From Planctomycetota bacterium (GTDB lineage: Bacteria; Planctomycetota; MHYJ01; JACPRB01), in the NCBI GenBank assembly GCA_016209705.1, contig JACQVR010000021.1:24010-88009 (forward strand): 64,000 nt of DNA. Reading direction: 5' to 3'. The position numbers and the translations under genes are program-made. The notes below the pieces were generated by a model. That model saw only the letters and a program-made list of their open reading frames with translations, was not told where the DNA came from and made no database searches. How positions within the stretch are numbered: position 1 is the stretch's first letter; every line of letters starts with the position of its first letter. This document shows, in pieces, positions 58,164-64,000 of the stretch.

Positions 58164-59564
58164 TTACGCTTCTTCGTCTTTCATCGCGGCGGAAGGCTTC
58201 ACCGGAAGCGTGAACGTGAACGTGGCTCCTCGGCCCGCCTCCGATTTCACGCCGATGCGACCGCCGTGCCGCTCCACGATTTTTCGGGCCGTGGCCAGGC
58301 CCACCCCCGTTCCCTCGGCGCCGTCGCCTCCGTGCAGCCGCTGGAAAATGCGGAAGAGTCGGCTGTGATACTGAGGATCGATGACGATGCCGTTGTCCTG
58401 AACGGCCACCTCCCAATGATCGACCCTTCGGTAGGCTGAAATATGGATCCGCGGCGGCGCCGCGCTGCGGTACTTCATGGCGTTGTCGAGCAGGTTTTGA
58501 AACAGATCCACCAGCAGCGATCGAAAGCCTGTCACGACGGGAAGCTTGTCCCACGTCACCTGGGCGGCGGAGGTTTCCAGTTCGCTCCGGAGATTCTTGA
58601 GCGCGGCGTGGACCACGTCCGTCAGGTCGACGCGCTCCTGAGGTTGCGACCACCGGTGGACCCGCGAATAGGACAAGAGATCGACGATCAACGCCTTGAG
58701 ACGGTGCGCGCCGCTCACGGCGTACCGAATATACTCCTCGCCCTCGGGATCCAGCTTGTCCTGGCATTTCTTTTGTAGAAGCTGGAGGAAGCTGGTGATG
58801 CTGCGAAGGGGCTCCTGAAGATCGTGAGACGCGACGGCCGTGAACTGCTCCAGTTCCGCGTTGGAGCGGATCAGATCCCGGGCGCGATGCTTCAGGCGCG
58901 CCTCGGATCGCATCCGCTCGAGGACCGGTCCCAGGTGGGCGCCGACGAGGCCCATGATTTCCAGCATCGGGTCTTTGGGCGCCTCGCTTTGGGGAGAGAA
59001 GAACTCGAGCACCGCCTGCACTTCCAAGCGGACCAGGACGGGGAATCCGAACCCGCTGCGCAGGCCGACCTCGGCGGCGATCTTGGCTCGAGGGAAATCG
59101 CCTTCTTCGGCCACATTCGGAATCCACGCCGGTTTGCCGCTTTCCCAAACCATTCCGGGAAGGCCGATGCCCCGGGGGATTCGGGCGCGCTCGGACAACA
59201 AACGAAACAACTTGAAGCGTTCCGGAGCATCCAGGTGCCAGAGGCCCATGGACGCCAGTTCGGATTGGGTCCCTTCGTTCAGGAGATAGGCGTGTCCGAC
59301 CGGCCATCCGGTGTGCGCGCAGATCTGATCCAGGGCCACCTGGAAGGGTCCTCCGAGGGTTCGGGCCTCGTGGGCCGCTCGCGCCACGGAGTGGAGGAGC
59401 TTCAGGTTGGCGTTCCGCTGGCGCAGTTCTTCACGGACTTCGTACAGGTCGTGGAGGGCCTGTTCCGCGACCATTTCCACTTCTTTGCGCGCCGCGCGCT
59501 CGCGCAGATAGCGGTTTTGAAGCTGCTCTAAGTTGAAAGAAAGGGCCCGTTCCGTATCCGCCAT
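58164..59564 (-). CDS. Cytoplasmic GAF-domain sensor histidine kinase (orphan in this window)
   Basis: GAF (GIGLPGMVWESGKPAWI..DFPR), H-box ASHDLQEPL, N-box NLLDNAMKY, F-box FQRLH and G2 GTGVGLA. Confidence 0.9.
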   Translation of the reverse strand: MADTERALSFNLEQLQNRYLRERAARKEVEMVAEQALHDLYEVREELRQRNANLKLLHSVARAAHEARTLGGPFQVALDQICAHTGWPVGHAYLLNEGTQSELASMGLWHLDAPERFKLFRLLSERARIPRGIGLPGMVWESGKPAWIPNVAEEGDFPRAKIAAEVGLRSGFGFPVLVRLEVQAVLEFFSPQSEAPKDPMLEIMGLVGAHLGPVLERMRSEARLKHRARDLIRSNAELEQFTAVASHDLQEPLRSITSFLQLLQKKCQDKLDPEGEEYIRYAVSGAHRLKALIVDLLSYSRVHRWSQPQERVDLTDVVHAALKNLRSELETSAAQVTWDKLPVVTGFRSLLVDLFQNLLDNAMKYRSAAPPRIHISAYRRVDHWEVAVQDNGIVIDPQYHSRLFRIFQRLHGGDGAEGTGVGLATARKIVERHGGRIGVKSEAGRGATFTFTLPVKPSAAMKDEEA

Positions 59565-59652
59565 GCCTAGATTCTTTATCGGCTATCGAGGGTGGCATGG
59601 CACACTTTCTAATTTGCTCCTTCCCGGCGGCGAGCCGCCGGCAAGGAACAAA

Positions 59653-59859
59653 TCAAAACACGACCTTCTTCCGGCCGCATTGGGGGCATTCGTACCAGTC
59701 CGGTTTCAGGAGAATGAAGTATCCCATCGGATACAAGAGAAGCGTGCACTTGAGAATCCGGGCGAACACGCGTTTCCATGGGAAATTCGTGGGATTCATC
59801 GTCGAATGCCCGCAGGACGGACATTTGAGGGGAACGGCTGATGGAGGTCGCGGGTTCAC
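59653..59859 (-). CDS. Small CxxC-hydrophobic-CxxC (LITAF-like zinc ribbon) protein
   Basis: CPSCG...ILKCTLLLYPMGYFILL..YECPQCG. Confidence 0.6.
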   Translation of the reverse strand: MNPRPPSAVPLKCPSCGHSTMNPTNFPWKRVFARILKCTLLLYPMGYFILLKPDWYECPQCGRKKVVF

Positions 59860-59870
59860 ATCAGAATGAT

Positions 59871-59944
59871 AGGAGATTTGCAGATGCGGGGAGATGTGGA
59901 GATCTTTTTTTCATCCCCCTATCTCCCCACATCTCCCTATCTCC
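59871..59944. repeat. Octamer GGAGAT/ATCTCC inverted repeat (possible terminator for ilvE)
   Basis: aggagatttgcagatgcggggagatgtggagat...atccccctatctccccacatctccctatctcct. Confidence 0.65.
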
Positions 59945-60918
59945 TACGGCGCCGACGCTTTCGCCGGGCGCTGACCCAACCCGGAGATGTCGGGAACCGT
60001 TTCGTACGAACGCAACCATTTCGCGTATCGTTCCGCCCGGCCGCGCACGGCGTCGAAATAAAGGGATTGGAACTTGTGCGTGATGGGCCCCATCCCCCCC
60101 CGACCGATCGGCCGGCCGTCGATCTCGCGAATCGGCGTCACTTCCGAGGCCGTGCCGCAGAAAAATGCCTCGTCCGCGATGTACGCTTCATCGCGCGTGA
60201 ACCGCTGTTCGACGACGGTCAGGCCGAGGTCCCGCGCCAGTTCGATGATCGTGTCGCGCGTGATTCCGGGCAGGATGCACGTGAGGGGCGTGGTTTTCAT
60301 CACGCCTTTCCGGACGATGAAGATGTTCTCCCCGCTCCCTTCGGCCACGTAGCCGTCGGGATCCAGCATCAGCGCCTCGTCGTAGCCGAGCGCCTTGGCT
60401 TCCTTCTTGGCCAGGACTCCCGTGACATAATGGCCCGTCACCTTGGCGCGCGTCATCGCGGAATTTGGCGCGTAACGCGAGTACGTACTGACCTTGACGC
60501 GGATGCCCCGCTTGAGCCCTTCCTCTCCCAGGTACGCTCCCCACTTCCAGGCCGCGATCACCAGACGAATCGGGTTGTCCGCCGGAAAGACGCCCATGAC
60601 TCCGTCGCCGATGTACGCGATGGGTCGCACGTAGCCTTCCGCCAAGCCGTTGGCGATCAGCGTCTCGACGCACGCGTCGCTGACCGCGTCGAAATCATAG
60701 GGGATCTTGAAGCCGAGAATCTTGGCGGAATCGAAGAGGCGCTGAATGTGCTCCCGCAGGCGGAACACGGCGGAGCGCCCGTCGTCCAGGCGGTAGGAGC
60801 GGATGCCTTCGAACGCGGCGGCTCCGTAATGGAATGAATGGGTCAGGACGTGGATCTTGGCCTCGTCCCAAGGCACCAGCGCCCCGTCCATCCAGATCGA
60901 CCGCAACTTGTCAACCAC
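59944..60918 (-). CDS. ilvE: Branched-chain amino acid aminotransferase
   Basis: HYGAAAFEGIRSY, FRLREH..RL, YVRP, AK..G.Y, EGSGENIF, ILPGITR and DEAFFCGT motifs. Confidence 0.95.
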   Translation of the reverse strand: MVDKLRSIWMDGALVPWDEAKIHVLTHSFHYGAAAFEGIRSYRLDDGRSAVFRLREHIQRLFDSAKILGFKIPYDFDAVSDACVETLIANGLAEGYVRPIAYIGDGVMGVFPADNPIRLVIAAWKWGAYLGEEGLKRGIRVKVSTYSRYAPNSAMTRAKVTGHYVTGVLAKKEAKALGYDEALMLDPDGYVAEGSGENIFIVRKGVMKTTPLTCILPGITRDTIIELARDLGLTVVEQRFTRDEAYIADEAFFCGTASEVTPIREIDGRPIGRGGMGPITHKFQSLYFDAVRGRAERYAKWLRSYETVPDISGLGQRPAKASAP

Positions 60919-60970
60919 TCCGAGGCCCTTAAATCGTGAGGTTCCGGTGAGGTCGCGGAAGGTGTGCGGG

Positions 60971-63204
<2,234 letters not shown>

Positions 63205-63287
63205 ATCTTTCTCCGTGAACTCCGCCCCCTCGGTGTCCTCCAGTTCGGATTGGAGGTTTCCAACGCCTCCGCGGCGAATAAAAAAAA

Positions 63288-63644
63288 TCAGGAATACAGC
63301 CGCCGTCGCAAGCCTTCGAGACGTCCGGCGTCGACTCCCGACGCGGCGGAGTGGCTTTCAAACAGCGAACGGCGCACGAAGATCATGCAGGGATCCTCGA
63401 GTCCGCGCACCATGTCCAGCAGCAGCATCTGATCCAGGCCTCCGAGTTGATGGGCTCTGGCCAGCATCTTGAAGCGGCGCCGGAAGAGGCGGGCGCGGCG
63501 CGTCTCCGCCGAAAACTGCCATCGAATCCAGAAAACGACCAACACCAGCAGCAAGAGCACGCCGGCCGCCTCGATCGCCAGCGCCTGGGTGCGCCCGCCG
63601 ACCAGGTCGATGAAGTACTCCTGAAAACCTTGAAGCTGAGTCAT
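63288..63644 (-). CDS. Hypothetical single-TM protein
   Basis: TM helix, then LARAHQL...LEDPCMIFVRRSLFE..LRRRLY. Lies directly downstream of the HEAT gene. Confidence 0.7.
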   Translation of the reverse strand: MTQLQGFQEYFIDLVGGRTQALAIEAAGVLLLLVLVVFWIRWQFSAETRRARLFRRRFKMLARAHQLGGLDQMLLLDMVRGLEDPCMIFVRRSLFESHSAASGVDAGRLEGLRRRLYS

Positions 63645-63647
63645 CGT

Positions 63648-64000
63648 CTAGGACCACCGCTCCAGGACTTCATGGATCACCGCTCGGGCGGCGTGACTGG
63701 CTTCCGCCGCCATCCGGGCTTTGAGCATTTCCCGTCCCCCCTCGATCCGGGTCATGCCGATCGCCTGCACCGCCGCCGATCGGATCCGTTCGTCTCGGGA
63801 TCCCAGCATGCGTCCCAGATGAAGCTTGGCTTCCGCCTGCCCGAACGCGGCGATCACCTGTCCGGCGGCGGCCGCGACCTCGGGATTGGAATCCAGGACG
63901 AAGGGAAGGAAAAGCGCTCCGAAGCGCATGTCGTGCAGGTCCTGCAGCGTCTCCAGGACCTGCGAGCGAACCGTCGCCTGCTCGGGAGCCATCAGTTCGA
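63648..64000 (-). CDS. HEAT-repeat protein, 5' end outside the window
   Basis: LDSNPEVAAAAGQVI, LGSRDERIRSAAVQAIG. Confidence 0.7.
   Translation of the reverse strand, partial: ELMAPEQATVRSQVLETLQDLHDMRFGALFLPFVLDSNPEVAAAAGQVIAAFGQAEAKLHLGRMLGSRDERIRSAAVQAIGMTRIEGGREMLKARMAAEASHAARAVIHEVLERWS

Overview
A high-GC bacterial chromosomal segment. The gene content (many WD40, HEAT and prenyltransferase-repeat proteins, DUF58/BatA, mcsAB, a long SRP RNA) suggests Planctomycetota, but this is inference only. Most of the window is housekeeping: birA, nadC, sucCD, HU/IHF, dapB, addAB, mcsAB, rsmB, tsaB, alr, queA, ilvE, ligA, tRNA-Val(CAC) and SRP RNA. It also holds a pentaheme cytochrome c/Fe(III)-type ABC operon, a c-di-AMP riboswitch-led ptsIIA-trkH-trkA operon, three intact toxin-antitoxin pairs, several decayed genes and at least five families of short intergenic repeats or MITEs. 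The most notable observations are: (1) a WD40 gene with a single in-frame TGA followed by a SECIS-like hairpin (candidate new selenoprotein); (2) a c-di-AMP riboswitch split by a 94-bp insertion flanked by a GGCGGG direct repeat; (3) three orphan GGCG-Cys/TM/basic C-terminal sorting-signal remnants, one being a signal peptide joined almost directly to its tail; (4) 31-bp AT-rich palindromes flanking tsaB-alr-orf-queA in inverted orientation; (5) an SRP Alu domain with an extra GNRA hairpin. All calls come from reading the sequence and motifs by eye. No database searches were run, and start codons are best estimates.
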